64,000 nt of DNA, taken from Anthoceros angustus (Eukaryota > Plantae > Anthocerotophyta). A program made the translations under genes and the position numbers. Shown in pieces: positions 49,692 to 63,525 of the stretch. The stretch spans positions 434,001 to 498,000 of the forward strand of contig MU008156.1 in assembly GCA_010909165.1 (NCBI GenBank), in the 5' to 3' direction. Position 1 is the stretch's first letter, and each line of letters begins with the position of its first letter. The notes under the pieces are model-generated. The model made no database searches. It saw only the letters and a list, made by a program, of their open reading frames with translations, and was not told the origin of the DNA.

Positions 49692-50595
49692 TCACGATTC
49701 ACAGATCCCTTCTAAGGATATCTAGAAAGCACAAGAATCTCGGGGAAGGTGGGTGACAAATGTCGATGTTCCCCTTCGCAGATTCTTCAGGCTATTTTCT
49801 CATCCAGACTCATCCTTTCAGCTGTTTGTATCATTTGAATTGGGAATCCGCATGGGAAGACACCACGTGAAAAGTCTGTGTGATGTCATCGAGGGAGGGG
49901 GGCGCAGTGTGGAATCGGTGAATAACGAAGCTGGAATGAGATCGCTTACAGAGGATTCATATGGTGTCATCCACGGGATAAGGAAGTTGGATGTAGATCG
50001 CTTACGGAAGCCTCACATCCAAGGGAAGACTAGGGAGCTTTATATAGATATGTCAAAGTTTCCATCGGGGGTTTCAACTGGTGTAACCCCGTAGGGCAGT
50101 AACATCTCGTAGCCCGCACGCTCACGCTGCCGGGACAAGGCAGGATGTTGCTCACAGTAGCCTAGGCTGTGAAGCTGAGGAGCTGAGGATGGGTAACACC
50201 CCCAATCCGAACACTGATTAGTGCGACGTACGGTTCACTAGGAGTTCTATGAACTCAATTAGGATGTCACCCCTTGAGGTGAAAACATTGTTGGATAATA
50301 TCACCCCTTGAAGGGGGGACAAGGGAACACTGCTGGAAAAAAGCTGGAATTGACCTGATTAGGTGTTTGTAAAAAAGAGGGAAGATGCTTGGGAGAGTGG
50401 TATTAGGATTTGAAGGTGAAGCTCCGTCATGTTACAAAGCGCACAATGAACAGTAGAAACCAAGCCCGCACAGGTGAACAAGAAGCGCTTATATCTTTAC
50501 AGATCCTACAGCACAAAAAATGAGAAACGCCTATGTCGCCTACTTTGCTCCTGATAGCGTCATCTTACAGCAACGTGTGGCTCGGAGAGGAATGC

Positions 50596-51874
50596 TCACT
50601 TTTGTGCGAATGTCTGCGACCAGGAGAAAAATACAACGATACATAAGCTCAGCACTGCACGAAAGAAAGATGCCCAGACCATGCTGAAGAAAAAGAGGCA
50701 GTATGCTTACGGCAAAGATTGTGGCATGGCCAGGGTCGGCAAGGTGGGCGAACAGGTTGTCAATGGGGCCAGTTCCGGTGTAAATGGCCTGGAACCAGGC
50801 TCCGATGACAGCCAACATGGCCAGTCTGCCGTTCTTGATCTCCTTGGTCCTCAGCTCCTTGATCTTCTCAGGAGAGCCGGCGCCCCAGCCGAAGGGGTCG
50901 AACCAGAAGCCACCGGGGTAGCCGACGTCTGTACCTGTGAGCTTGTTGTTGGGGAAGACGGGGTCCACATTCACGGATCCCGGCTTGATGATGTCCGCCC
51001 ATCTACGGCCCTCGGCCCAGCCCAACAGGATGAGCTCTACCACGAAGAGGGTGGTAGGGTCGGCGAAGTACTCCGCCTCGCCGGCAGTGTACCACGACGG
51101 GGTGTTGAGGATTCCGATCTTGGTCAGCAGCTCGGGGATGAAGATCCCGGCGGCTCCCAGCATCGCCCAGCGGGAGTGCACGATCTCGGCTTGCACGAAC
51201 CACTTCAGCAGCTCGGGGTCAGACCCTGCCACAAGGAAACAGTCCCACGGCTGTATGAGATTCCATCCCCTAAAAACCATGCTTCCTAGACCGGGTTGTG
51301 AAGATGGGCAAACTCGGATACTCACCTAGGCCGAGGGGGTCGAATCCGAAGTCGGCGGGGAGGCTGTGCACAGCAAACCCACAAAAAAGCATGAGACCCA
51401 GCACACAGGCATTCGGATTGCAGAACCCAAACCTGACACAGCAAATGCGCACCTGCCATCGAGCCACTCGGGGGCAGTGCTGCCGGGGAACCAGAGCGGC
51501 CTCTCGGGGGCGGCAGCGCGAACGGCGAACGAGGCCTTGGCCGACGAGGCGGCGACCTTGGTCTGACGCAGAGCCCGGCCAGAGAGGAAGGAGGCCTTCA
51601 CGGCGCCCACGTTCTGCACATTCTTCTGTGCGCTGCCAGGCCAGGCGCCCAATCGCCCAACAAAGTCAGCCACATTCCCAACCGCCCAACAAAGTCGGCC
51701 ACATTCTCCAACAACACTGCATTGCGCAAATTTCACACACTGCATTCCACTCCGGGGGCTGCATTTCCCCGGGCAGGAAGCTCAGGGGCAGGGCACGACG
51801 GGAACCACAAACCTGGTGGAAGGGGCCGCAGCGACGGCTGCCACTCTGGAGGAGGCACAGACAGCGGCCGCCAT
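50596..51874 (-). CDS. LHCA2: Photosystem I light-harvesting chlorophyll a/b protein Lhca2, 5 exons
   Basis: Exons 51874-51813, 51632-51453, 51363-51326, 51225-50711, 50613-50596. [80 protein letters not shown]. Confidence 0.96.
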
Positions 51875-54859
51875 GTTTGCGGACAGGAGTGAAGGCTGTG
51901 CCTCTGGACAGGCTCCCCGGCGGGCTGGAGGAGGGTGGCAGGCAGACTGCAGATGAGCGCGGACCAGCAGCGATGCAGCAATGCTCCTTGTCGCGGGCGG
52001 GAGAGAGGGGAAAGGCTGGCCCGGGGCCAATGGACACTTGCACAATCGGCTTGGCGACCAATCAGGTGCCTCACCATCCTATCTGCCTTTGTTATCCAGG
52101 CCCCGTTATTTTCACACCGGGCTTGTGCCTCTAAACTACAGGCCCATTGGCTGGCCATGGATATCTTTCCTCTGGACTCCACAAAACATCCGCTACCTCG
52201 TAATAAGCTCTCCTTCTTTCCATCTAACCTTAGCCCAATGGCTTAAACTCGTTAACTTATTACGGAATCTTCTTTCAATCTCTGCTTGCATAAGAGTCAT
52301 ATTTTTTTTATTTAAGATCAGAAAGGGAATAAACTAGACAACCCTACCTAGATGTTCTTCCATACCATTGACTCCAGTCTTCATCCCAAGTGTTTAAAAA
52401 CTAATTCTATTTTAAATATAGGATTATATTAGCAAGTGACCAGAACCATGAGATTCAAAATGGCCGACATTCGGTTCCGCCGTCACTCAAGCTTGAGGTA
52501 GTTCGATTGTTAGAGCTTAATAAAATTAGATTGAACCATATGCCAAAAAAGCTCAATATTGTTATAGAAGAAGAAGAAGAAGAAGAATTTTAAGGACGGA
52601 TTTCCGTCATGGGACTTGGTACTTAACAACTTATACCATGGTGTGCCTAAGCTACTTGCACCAAGGGCATCCACTCCCTTTAGGCACCCCATCTAAGTAC
52701 CGATATAAGCTCAGGATGCTTAATCACTACGTTCTTATATATGTGTGTCCATTTGGCCTAAGCCATTTGGACACACATATAGCCTTAGCCTAGCAACACT
52801 TCGTTGGACCATGACGTCCTTGGCCGTCACATCTACTCATGCATCTGTTGAGGTTGATAGATTTAGTTACCTCACCCATACAAGTTAAAGCTCAGGTTGC
52901 TAAGGTAACATTTTAAAATTAAGCAACCCAAGTTGCAATGGTGGCCGTCACATCTACTTGTTCTGTTGTGATCGGTGAGAGAGGTAGATTGTGGGATATT
53001 ATTATGTACTTTTAGAGTCTCAAAATTGGAAAACGTGTAGAGCTTTGAGGCTTGAGCAAAGCCATGTAAATCATGACACCCTAAGGATAACTACCATTAT
53101 AGCCTATGATGGTTGCGGCATATATATGATTATTGAACTCGGAAAAATAGTAAAGTGATGGTGTGATATCTATCGGCCAACTTGCAAGCTTAGTAGGATG
53201 TGAAGACCTAGAGGTCCTAATACCGACTTGGCGATATTATAGTCTAATCTTCAATAGTTTAAACACAATAGAAAGTACCAATTAGAATATTTAGAAGGCT
53301 TCTGGCCTGGCCCGTTTTGTAACTTCTCTCGTATCTACTCTTGTTTGAGCTTCTAGCCGATGCTGTGGAGGCTTATTCTTGATCAGTTCTTGTATAAGAG
53401 TTATATTTTGCGATCTCAGATCAGAGAAGAAACCAGCTAAAGATACCCATGTGTTCCTCAAAAGGCAGTTCTTTACAATCCTCCACGTAAGCAAGCATGT
53501 AGGTCGTAATGAAAGAACTTATACAATTCTAGAAAATACCTAGTTCAATTCTAGATATAAGAATACATTAGGAAGCACCCAAACAAAGGGATTCAAAACA
53601 AGGCTTGCTCATATTGATTAGGTCAAATATATAGTAGGGCTTATAACTCATATGCACAATTTTGAATCACCTACAACACCTGTCCATGTGAACTCAAATC
53701 CAAACCCTCATTTGAAGCATACGACTTGATAGCTCATTGCTTTACCATTAGCAACATTCTCTTGACCATAATGTCCTTAAGATAGCTTGGTGGGACAAGT
53801 GATGACATCTTTTGAGGCTGATAAACTTTGACACCTCACCATTAAAACTTTAAGCTGCTGTTGAAGCCTTACAAAGGTGAGGTATTGAAGCTGGTAGCCC
53901 AAGTTGTAATGGTGGCGGCTGCCACATCCACGCCTTCAATCATCATGGGTAAGGGAGAAGGATAGTGGGAAGTGGAGTGACTTGAACAAAGCCATAGAAA
54001 TCATAGCACCTTGAGGATGACCACCATTATAGTCCCATGATGATTGGGGCATATGATGACACCTTTGAAAAATGGTGACGTGCTATATGAAACTCGGAAT
54101 ATTTGATAATTTTAAAAATAAAAATAAAATAATGATTGCCTATCAATGATGGTTGTATATATATGATTCTTACATTCTCTTTATATTTGTACATGATTAT
54201 TATGTTTTACTCCTTGTTTATAATGTCAAGCAAATAGATACAAATTAATTTAGACTTTTTTGGTTTTCCATCATTATCATGTTCACATATTGTTTATGTT
54301 AATGTCTATTTCAAACAATAAATGTCTGTAATAATAATTCATGATTATTCAACTTGATATACACTCTCTAGAACTCTTGAATCTAAAGTGATAATGCATG
54401 TATAAAGTGTGTATAAGCTGTATTATGCTAGTGAAACCTAAGTCATTTGTGCTATGAGAACTAAAAGTTCCAAACTTGTTATTGTTAAGCTTTGATAGCT
54501 TTTATGACTAAAGCATCCGTTTTGTAAGTGGTTTAGTCAGCATAATGATGTTTACGTTTTAATATATATTAATATTTTTGAACTATTTATAATAATATTT
54601 CATGATATTCCATTGGATGTACAATCTCTACATTTCTTAAATCTAAAGTGATCAAGTGTGTATGAATGTGAAATCCAAGTCCCTTATGCTATCTATAATA
54701 AAAGTTGTAAATACTGTATTATAAGACTCTGATAGCTCATATGGGAACACAACTTCAAAAAGCAAAGAAAAAGAGGTGGTCTTGAGTTCACTTTCAAGTA
54801 GAGCGTCAGGTCTTTGTCTTGAGATCAATTCCTAAGGAGAGTGTAAGTCCTTTATCATT

Positions 54860-55160
54860 TTCCTCGTCTACCTTATTTCTTCGTTCATAAAGTGAAAGGT
54901 CTAGGGCCTCTTACCTTATTTCTTCGTTCAAATTAAATCATATGTCATTTTCCTCTTCCACCTTATTTATTCGTTCAAAAAGCGGAAGATCCTAGGCCTC
55001 TTCCAACTTGTTTCTTCATTCAACAAGCGAAAGGTCATGAGAGGTCTTGAGAATTACAATTCTAGGGGGGAAGAGAGGGGGAAGCACGGGGGCTCGATTC
55101 CTCTTCCACCTTATTTCTTGGTCTAGAAAGCAGAAGGTCTTGACCTTATTTTTTCTTTTG
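54860..55160. repeat. Loose array of a CCTTATTTCTTCGTTCA-like motif
   Basis: Copies near 54871, 54914, 54961, 55006, 55109 and 55144. Confidence 0.65.
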
Positions 55161-56135
55161 GACTTCTAGTTTTTCTCTCACGTGATTCCTTATTTCTCAT
55201 TTTGGGCTTGTGGCTCAGCACACACCCACTCTCTGACTGTTTTTCTTGTTCTATTGTTTAATTAAATTTGATTTTGAATATCTATGATATAAATATCTTT
55301 GATTAAATTTAAATTTAAATATCTTTGATTAATTTAAATTTAAATATTTTTAATATAAATATCTATATTTATATCAGCAAATTTACCATAAAAAGTTGTA
55401 TCAGAATTACAAGAAAAAATTTAAAAGTCCCCTAAGAACCGATGACCCTCGTGAGACATGGGAGTACAATAATATGACGATTAATAGGCAAGCTTATAGT
55501 AGTCGTGGTGATTTATTCCCTGTTTCTCTAATTTAAACCCAAACTCTTGTAATTCATATTACAATAATTGTAGTGTGTTATAAGTAACCTCATGATTAAT
55601 AACCTCATAGCCACATTTTAGGGGCAAGAGAGATGTTTTGATTTTCTCGGAATATAGTGTTATATTTCATTGTGCCCTTCACGGACTTTTTGTTCACTGT
55701 TTTGGTGGAAATGGGATCATGCATCTCTAGTTATTACATGATGGTCACCCCTTTATATATTTGATTAGTTTATAGTGTAATTCTTGGAAAAAAAATCTAG
55801 TTATTTTACTAGGAAGCATTATCCTTTATTCTATTACTACCTAAATGGACCATGCGGATGTGACATGGTTCATTTACAACATATCGAATGTTGTAGGCTT
55901 ACAACATGTTATTTATAATAACGGTTACAATGTATTCTTGCATATATACATATGTGATACTTAGAAACGTTTGAATACCACATTCAAAACTTTATGTGTA
56001 ACTAGCGCTAGTTGACCATCCACCTACCATATAATATAAGGATTAAACATATGCTAACTACAAATAGGTGTGACTCTAGCTATCTCACCAATAACAGAAC
56101 TGCCATCCAATATCTCTATGTAACTGCATTATTGT

Positions 56136-57300
56136 GAAAGTGTACTTATGTCATTTGTTTCTGGGTGACATCATGGTGAGTTTGACTAGAACGTACTTAG
56201 TTACCTAGGTGCTAGCTGTCTCCTAACAGCCTATAGTTGGTGTAGGCCAGAACGTACCTAGTTACGTCGTCTGTCTCCTAACAACCTATGGTTGGTGTGG
56301 GCCAAGAGTGTACCCATGCCGGACACTATGGTTGGTGTAAGCCACAGTGTACTTATGCCAATTAAGAGTCCATACATTCTTGTGTACCCGAAATTACGTA
56401 ACGGGCCACACCAAGAGCCCAAAACAAGAAAACGGCCTAGGAAGTCCAAGGGCAAGCTGGTTTCCCTAGGGAAAGACGTGCAATGTGCAACAAACTTTGT
56501 ATCAATCAATCAACCAAAAAGGAATCACGTCACAGAACGGGCCACAAGCCCAAAGTGAGAAACAGGGAATGCCACCGATGAGTGTTGTGAGAGTACCTAT
56601 GCCGCCTGACAGCATGGTTGGTGTAGCCCACAGTGCACTTATGCCACCTGCACACATCATGACCGATGAGTGTAGTGAGGACACTGACATAGAGAGCGTA
56701 GTGAGAGTGTACGTGTGCCACTGACTGTCACGCCACCGACCATCATCTTGACTTCCTCGCTCATGAGTGTAGTTAGAGTGTGCTGATGTCATTGTAGTCG
56801 TCTGGACCAGTGAATCTACATTGTGAAAGTGTGTATATGCATCTAACTTGTTTAGTTGCTTCATCCACTTTAGCATTCTCTTATTTTTAGAAAACATAAA
56901 TAATTAAAAAAGGCTAACTTGTCAGTGTAGTGAGAATGTACCTTTTCCATAGTGAAAATGTGTATATGCATCTAACTTGTTTAGTTGCTCCCTCCAATTT
57001 GGTAGTTTCATATTTTGTTTAAATTAGGACACATCATGACACATGTAGGGAGAGTGTACCAATGTCGTTCCAAGGCCATCAAAGAGCATCTTGGTACTTT
57101 GTGGTGAGAGGGTACTTATGTCATCCCACTATGTACATGTTTCACTCACTTTGTAGTAGAGTGTACCTAGATGCCATGTCACTATGTGTCTCACCAGTCG
57201 TGACCAAAACGGTACCTCAGTACATCCACTGAACATAAAAGAGTGTATTCATGTCATCCCACTATCTCACTTATTCCGTAGTAAGAGTGTACCTATGCCT
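56136..57300. repeat. Dispersed same-strand motif array (consensus ~GAGTGTAC(C/T)TATG(C/T)C), likely TE subterminal or satellite relic
   Basis: More than 10 degenerate copies, e.g. near 56304, 56343, 56587, 56701, 57050, 57104 and 57280. Confidence 0.6.
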
Positions 57301-58136
57301 CACCAACCCTCACCACAACGGGACCACTGTACACCCCCGTGACATTGCATAGTTGTTCAAGCCCTACTCCTGACATCGCTCGGGTCACCAGACTGTCCCC
57401 TAAATAACGTTGATGGCAGGGTTGCCAGCTTTGCATAGCTGTTTAACCTTCACCCCTGTCATCCTTCCTGTTTCCAGGCTGTCACTCTAACCCTAGTGGC
57501 ACAGCCGCCTAACTCTGCACCACCCTAATCCTAGTGGCACAGCCGCCTAGCTTTGCTGCCACCCTAACCCTAGCTCTACGACTATATAACTGGGTGCGAG
57601 TTCTTCCTATTGCACAGTTCTCATTCTCGTTCTCGTGGTCATACATTTCCTCTGCCTAGTTTTCTAAGGTTCTTCCGCTGTTCTTGTTCTCATGGTCACG
57701 TGTTTTCGTTGCCTAGATTTCTAGGTTGACATTCCCATCCGCAGGTTCGCAATGGAAGCAGCGCGTGTCGTTCTTCAAGTCAGTGAGGCGGTCATTGTTT
57801 GTGAGGAACATCTTCCGCCCACACCAATATGTTCGCCACCACCGGGTTTCATCTTGCGGCTCGTTGAAGTTTGGCGAAGATGTTCATGCCGTCCACTTCA
57901 TTGATCAGCTACTTAGCATAGTTGGTGTTGGAAGAGGATGTTACTCACATACGAAGGCCGCGTACTTGAAACGTCACGCGCTGCGTCTATTGCCAACTAG
58001 CTTGTGGGAGATGAAGTAGATAGACTCTGGTGTTGTATGCTTTACATTGTGGAGACATTTCATAATTGAGGTGTGGTGCAGCAACCGCTTCCGTTTCCTC
58101 TTTTCCGTTCTCTCGTTTCGTTTACTCTGCTTTGTC

Positions 58137-58335
58137 GCCTCCTGCCGATCCATACGCTCTGTGCTTTCTCGTCTCCTGCCGATCCATACGCTCTGTGCTT
58201 TCTCGTCTCATGCCGATCCGTACGCGCTGTGTTTTCTCGTCTTCTGCCGATCCTTTCGCGTTGTGTTTCCTCGTCTCTTGCCGATCCACAAACGCTGTAG
58301 TTTCTCCCCTTTTGCCGATCAACACGCGCTTGACA
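58137..58335. repeat. 34-bp tandem repeat, ~6 copies
   Basis: Units at 58137, 58171, 58205, 58239, 58273 and 58307 (GTCTCCTGCCGATCCATACGCTCTGTGCTTTCTC). It explains several spurious ORFs in the track. Confidence 0.9.
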
Positions 58336-58749
58336 ATAGATCCACAAACGCTGTGGTTTCTCCTCTGTTGACGATGAACACGCGGAGAAACTACAGCGTG
58401 TTGATCGTCACAGTGCCCCCGCTAGCTGTGTTTAGCAGGGGACGCCCGACATGGTCTGGGATATCGAAGCCGAGGTAGAGGACGTGACGCAATCGAGCAA
58501 CCGGACAGCAGCGTTGTGAGCAAGGCATTGGCGGAAGCAGGCCCCGGTGTTCTCAACCTGTTGTTGTGATTCGCGGGAAGAGTTTTTACTGTGATCAGCG
58601 TTGTGGGCTACGTAAGGCTGAAATGGTGCTTACGTTTGTCAGCCGTTTGCGTCTGACACGGTGTTTTTAGGGTTTGTCTGCAAGGAGCCAGGAAGCGCTC
58701 GCGTCTCTCCCTGGCAAGCCAGAATCAGGATTAGGATTGGGAATTCTGG

Positions 58750-59416
58750 ATGGCGGTGTACCGGAGTGGGATTCTGGATGTGAGGATTTTTAACACTGAT
58801 CGCCAATCTGGCAATTTTCTGGTGAGGTGGAATATGGAGAATTGGGGGGGATCTGAGCTGCGAGTTGATGACGCTGTGGAGCTAATTCCGACTGATCATT
58901 GTATGTGTTTGTCTGAGGATCCGTATTCTGAGTGGCTGCATTGGCCCCAGGCCTCTTTCCCCTTTTCTGAGGAGGTGCTGGAGTATTTCAGCAAGCTGGA
59001 TGTCAACAAGGTTCCGGAGATGCTGCGTAGACAGCTGCTCGTGCTGCGGGAGGCATGTTTGGGTATGCTGGTTTTGTCCACCACCTTCTTGCAGATGGCT
59101 GCAGCTGCAGAGATGTGTCTGGCGGATACGGATATCGGAGGGATGATGAGAAGGATGCTGTGTGGGGTGGATTGAGTTGGAGACTGTCTGCACGCCCAGC
59201 CTGGCCAAGCTCGAGGTTCATCTATACCTGAAGTCTGCGAACTGGGAAGGGGATGGGGACTGCCCATCTGCTCCGAAAGATGATCCTGTCACGGACCAGA
59301 CGGAAATGAGTTTGTCTCAGACCAGAGCCTTCCTGCATTGCACAAATCTGACTGACCTGGAGTCACACCGGGCGGTAGTGACAGTGGCAGCAGGGCTTCT
59401 TGTTCTTGCTCACTAG
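58750..59416 (+). pseudogene. Truncated phosphatidylinositol 4-kinase gamma (type II PI4K) pseudogene
   Basis: GILDVRIFNTDRQSGNFLV, ELIPTDHCMCL, EDPYSEWLHWPQASFPFSEE, LREACLGMLVL. Catalytic DRH and IDHG are altered, the N-terminal half is missing, and the frame breaks at ~59170. Confidence 0.8.
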
Positions 59417-60339
59417 GCTGGGCTGCGAAGGTGTGTTCGAGTGGAGGCTGGGAAGTTGCCTGAATTTCTTGTGTGGAGGCCGAGGAGAGAAAGTGTTAGA
59501 ATCGTGAGCGTCTTTTGCAGACCGAGAGGAGCTATGGGAGGGACTGGCAGCTTGTTGCCGTAACAGCAGATTCAAAGAGCTGCAGTGGCTGTGCGAGGGG
59601 ATTCGCTGCCGTCCCTGCCAAGTTGGCGAGGGTTTCAAGACTCCGTGGCAATGTTCCGTGAGGTATGCAAAGAAAAATGTCATCTTCGTGCACAGTTTGC
59701 AGAGTTGTGATGGGTTTTTATGAAGAGATTGTCTCCATTGGCTTGCAGGGAAGCAAGCACGTTCCTCACTTTAGGAAGGAAAGATTGGAGCTTCAAAACA
59801 AGCAGCAACGCCAGCATCGCTGTGGGCCAGATATTCATGACCTTAATGGATGAGATATCTAAAGCTTTGAAGCCTCCGGCAATCAGCCCATCGACAGTTT
59901 TGGTAAGGAGTTAAAGCATACACGTGAGTAGCGAAGCTTGCTATGCTGTCTGTGTCTGTATTGATCCAACACGGCAAGGTTTCGCCACTTGCAGGAAGCC
60001 CCGCTCCCTTCCTAAGAGCTGCTCTGGTAGTCGCGTCCAATTTTATTTGTTTCGTCAGGGCCCGTCCCCCGTAACATTGCATCTGACCTGCCTTGAGCTT
60101 GAGGTTGAACTGGAAGACATGCGCCCTCTCCTTGACATTATAGCAGCATGCCTACCCTGCTGGTCCGTTCGGTCATGGCTTTTCATACTATCCGAACATA
60201 GTTGTACCGGAATTCTTGTAGAAACTGTTCTCTAGTGTAGAGATGAAGCAGGCTGTTCTGCCCAGGAAGGTTGGCACTGCTGACATGGGAGCTGGAGCTT
60301 GCTACAGGTGGCTTGGCACTACTGACATGGGAGCTGGAG

Positions 60340-60800
60340 CTTGCTGCAGGTGGCTTGTAGGGATCCTCATAGGTAGTCCACGGATTGTCCACCTCCTGGT
60401 ATGTGTACACCGTGACTCGCACCAGCTGCGCATGCTCATTGTAGAAGAAAAACCTGGCATGCAGGAAGTGAGGATGGTCGTAATTCTGCCTTCCCAATCC
60501 CTGATCATCAGGGCATTTTTCACATGCTGCAGGCTGCAAGTCAGTACTAAGCTTATCACATGTTCATAATCGGTATAACAGTCTGTCGGACACGCTTAGA
60601 AAGCACAATCGGGGGAAGGTTACGCTTGGTTGTAAATGAATCTGCAAAGCTCGATCCAGCGAAAGAATTTGCAAAGTTCGATCCAGTCAAATCTTCCGTG
60701 AAGCTGTCAAGATGAAGCAGGGTCACCTTCCAGACATTCCACATCCGATCCACGTTGGCGTGGCGCACACAGAAAGCTGCGCAGATGCTACGCTGTCCTC
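60340..60800 (-). pseudogene. PPO gene relic (CuB end plus DWL domain) of a different PPO lineage
   Basis: Minus strand: AFCVRHANVDRMWNVWK, intron, then GRQNYDHPHFLHARFFFYNEHAQLVRVTV-YTYQEVDNPW. Confidence 0.75.
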
Positions 60801-61349
60801 CCTACCAATTGAAATGGACAGGGTACTGCAGGTGCGGGAGCGAGCAGAGGGCCACAGGGGCTGCGAAGCCGCTGGATTCTCCGCCAGCTACTGCGTCCAC
60901 TCGACGTAGTGCTCCGGGCCGGCGGGATGCATGAGGAGTTCCGGCCGGCTGCAGCATAGGACGCTTGCGGCAGCGGAATCGAGGTAGCCTTCCTGCAGCC
61001 CGCACACGCTGAAGTCCAGCCTGATGGGATCTGCTTGGCTCAGCCTCAACCTCATCGCTATCCAGGCGCACAGGAATGCGTCGAAGGTGCCTGAGTGATG
61101 AATGTCGTCCCAACTGAAGATGGTGGCGCCCTCCGAAGCCCTGTAAGTCGTCTTAAGCCCCGGACGGCGGAATATTCTCCTCGCTAATGCGATCCTGGCT
61201 CCCATTGTTACTATCTTCAGACGCCTATATATGTGCTGTCCTGTAGTCTTTTAGCAAATTGCAGTGATCTGTCTCCTTACAAGTTTGGGCAAATTGCAGT
61301 GACTTGTTGCAAGGAAAGATCCGCCCACACACCATCTGCGACAGAGGGA

Positions 61350-63525
61350 ATGAGGAAACGCTCCGCAGTGCCGCAGAAATTGGTGACGGATGGGAAGCTA
61401 TCGGAGGATGGGAAGCTACCGGTGTGCTGTGGTGGCTGGGTAATTCAAACCGGCGGACGATCTCCTTTCCATGTGGTCTTCGGAAGAAAAGACAACTCGT
61501 CAACCGGCGGAGCGTCGAGAAATTCGCTACAAGTAGCTCAATATGACCCAAAGACGTCCGTCGTCTCGGATCCTGTGAGTGCCTTCACCCGATCTGCATG
61601 ACAGCAAGTGGCAATGCGCTGAGATTTTAGTGGTTGTGGTACTGACCTCAATGTTTGGCAGGTGTATGTGTGCCCAACGGCTGGAGGAAGTGCACTTGCG
61701 ATAGCAGTTCATCCGAAGGGGGATGGAATCGTTTGTTCGTTTGAAGACAGCTGCAGGTGAGCCTTCTCCTCTTGTGGAATGGCATAGGAATACGGTGTCC
61801 CGACCGTGCAGATGGCTAGTGTCTGACTTCGGACTTTGTGAGGAAGGTGCAAGTGCCTGATTTTGTGGGACATTTGTTTCACAGGCTCTTTGAGATTGTG
61901 GTAGAGCGTGATGAGGTTGTGAACTCATCTGGATCAGCGGGAAAGGAGTTACCTGAGCTGAACGGTGCAGGAGCTCAAAAGCTTCTGGCCTTCAGCCCCG
62001 ATGGGTCCATGCTTGCCGCAGGGACGGAGGTAAGCTCGGCAGTGCTCTTTGTTCCTTGGCTTTTTGGCGCCATCAGTCCCAGCTAATCCGATGAAGCAAC
62101 AAAGAGATCCCATTGTCAACCTCTTGATCACTATCCCGCCTTACTGCATCTCTGCTCAATGGTTGCAGAAAGGACACCTTCGTGTTTTCAACTGGCCAAG
62201 CATGACGGTCGTACTTGATGAGCCTCACACACTCAAGCAAATACGAGACTTGGATATCAGGTTGTCAATCGACTTCAAAGTAGATCTGTGTCATGTGATT
62301 TTCAGCTGCAGATGGCCTCTCTGCAGTCACACTGACTGGTGTTCTTGTTGGCAGCATGGATTCTGCTCGAGTTGCAGTGTCAGGTGGTGGTGTTTGCCAA
62401 GTCTGGAATCTTCATTCTGCAGCAAAGGAAGGCACCTTGTCGAATGAGGTAGTTGCCAGCTTTGTGCACAAAGTTGCCATCAAACCTCTGCCATGTGGAA
62501 ACCCTTCTTTGTAGCTAATGGTCTGTGTCTTGCGTTGGCACGTATTATATTTAGGTTGCTGATATCGGAGTTTTGATGGGTTTGCAGGGCGACATGCTTG
62601 ACTGTTGTAGGTTTTCGAAAGCAGGAAAGAAGCCTTTCCTTTTCGTTGCAGTCAACCGAGGTGCATTTCAAAGTGCTCATTTGTGGTGCCGCACCGATGC
62701 TAAGATTATATTTTACGCTTGCTCTTTTTCAGACAAACTGCTAAGCTGCTGCAGCTGTGCTACATGATTTCTATTCAGGAGGCAAGGGTTACATCGGTGT
62801 GTGGGTCATCAGTGAGTGGGAAAAGTGCCTCGGGCTGAAGAAGGTTCAGCATACTTCTGTAACGTCGCTTGCTGTCACTCCGAATGGTAAACGTCTTGCT
62901 ATGTAAGTGGTGTTGCTTAGGGTTTATAGCCTTTCAGAACCGTTTGAGAACAGATTTGGGGATCGCTGCTCCAGTGGAAGTTTTCCTGACCCTTTTGCTT
63001 GTCGGGACTTTACAGTGGAGGTTTACTTGGACAAATCACGATACTTGAAGTAGTGAACATGAGCCTTGTGCACAAAGTTCAGACTGACCAGGCTGGGTCA
63101 ATCACTTTCTTGGAGTTTTCTCGGAATGGCAGGTTCGAGACCAGCTCTTCTTACTTTAACTCTATTTGCCGACCATGCGCAGCACTCATGTCATGTCAGG
63201 TTAGAGCATCTCAGCATTGCACACTATGTCATAATTCAGTTTCTCCTTGCAGGGAGCTGTTGTCTCTGGCAGCGGACTCCACCTCAGAGGTCCTTCCGAT
63301 CCATTTAGAGCGAGAATGGAAAGGTTTGTTGCATCCTTTGTATTGCTTACAGTCGGGAGCTGCTACCAATGCTGTGTCTCATTCTGACTCTTGTAACTTG
63401 TGCATCCTACAGAGTGGGAGCTCTACTCGATACTAGCTGCCTCTATCCTACTCTCTGTTGTAATTGCTTACTGGCTGTATTTAATATCCGACAACTTCTG
63501 GAATGCTCCACCGGGAAGAAGATAG
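61350..63525 (+). CDS. PHF1: SEC12-like WD40 ER membrane protein, PHF1 (phosphate transporter traffic facilitator 1)-like, multi-exon
   Basis: VCCGGWV, AIAVHPKGDGIVCS, QKLLAFSPDGSMLA, LRVFNWPSMTVVLDEP, CRFSKAGKKPFLF, REWKEWELY plus TM helix plus SDNFW, collinear with PHF1. Confidence 0.85.

Noticed and set aside
49753-50460. Possible retroelement remnant between PPO-D and Lhca2
   Set aside because: No RT, integrase, LTR or PBS motif could be read with confidence.
60272-60355. 42-bp tandem duplication encoding KPPxASSSSHVSSA twice
   Set aside because: A real but ordinary local duplication downstream of the PPO relic, with no evidence of function.
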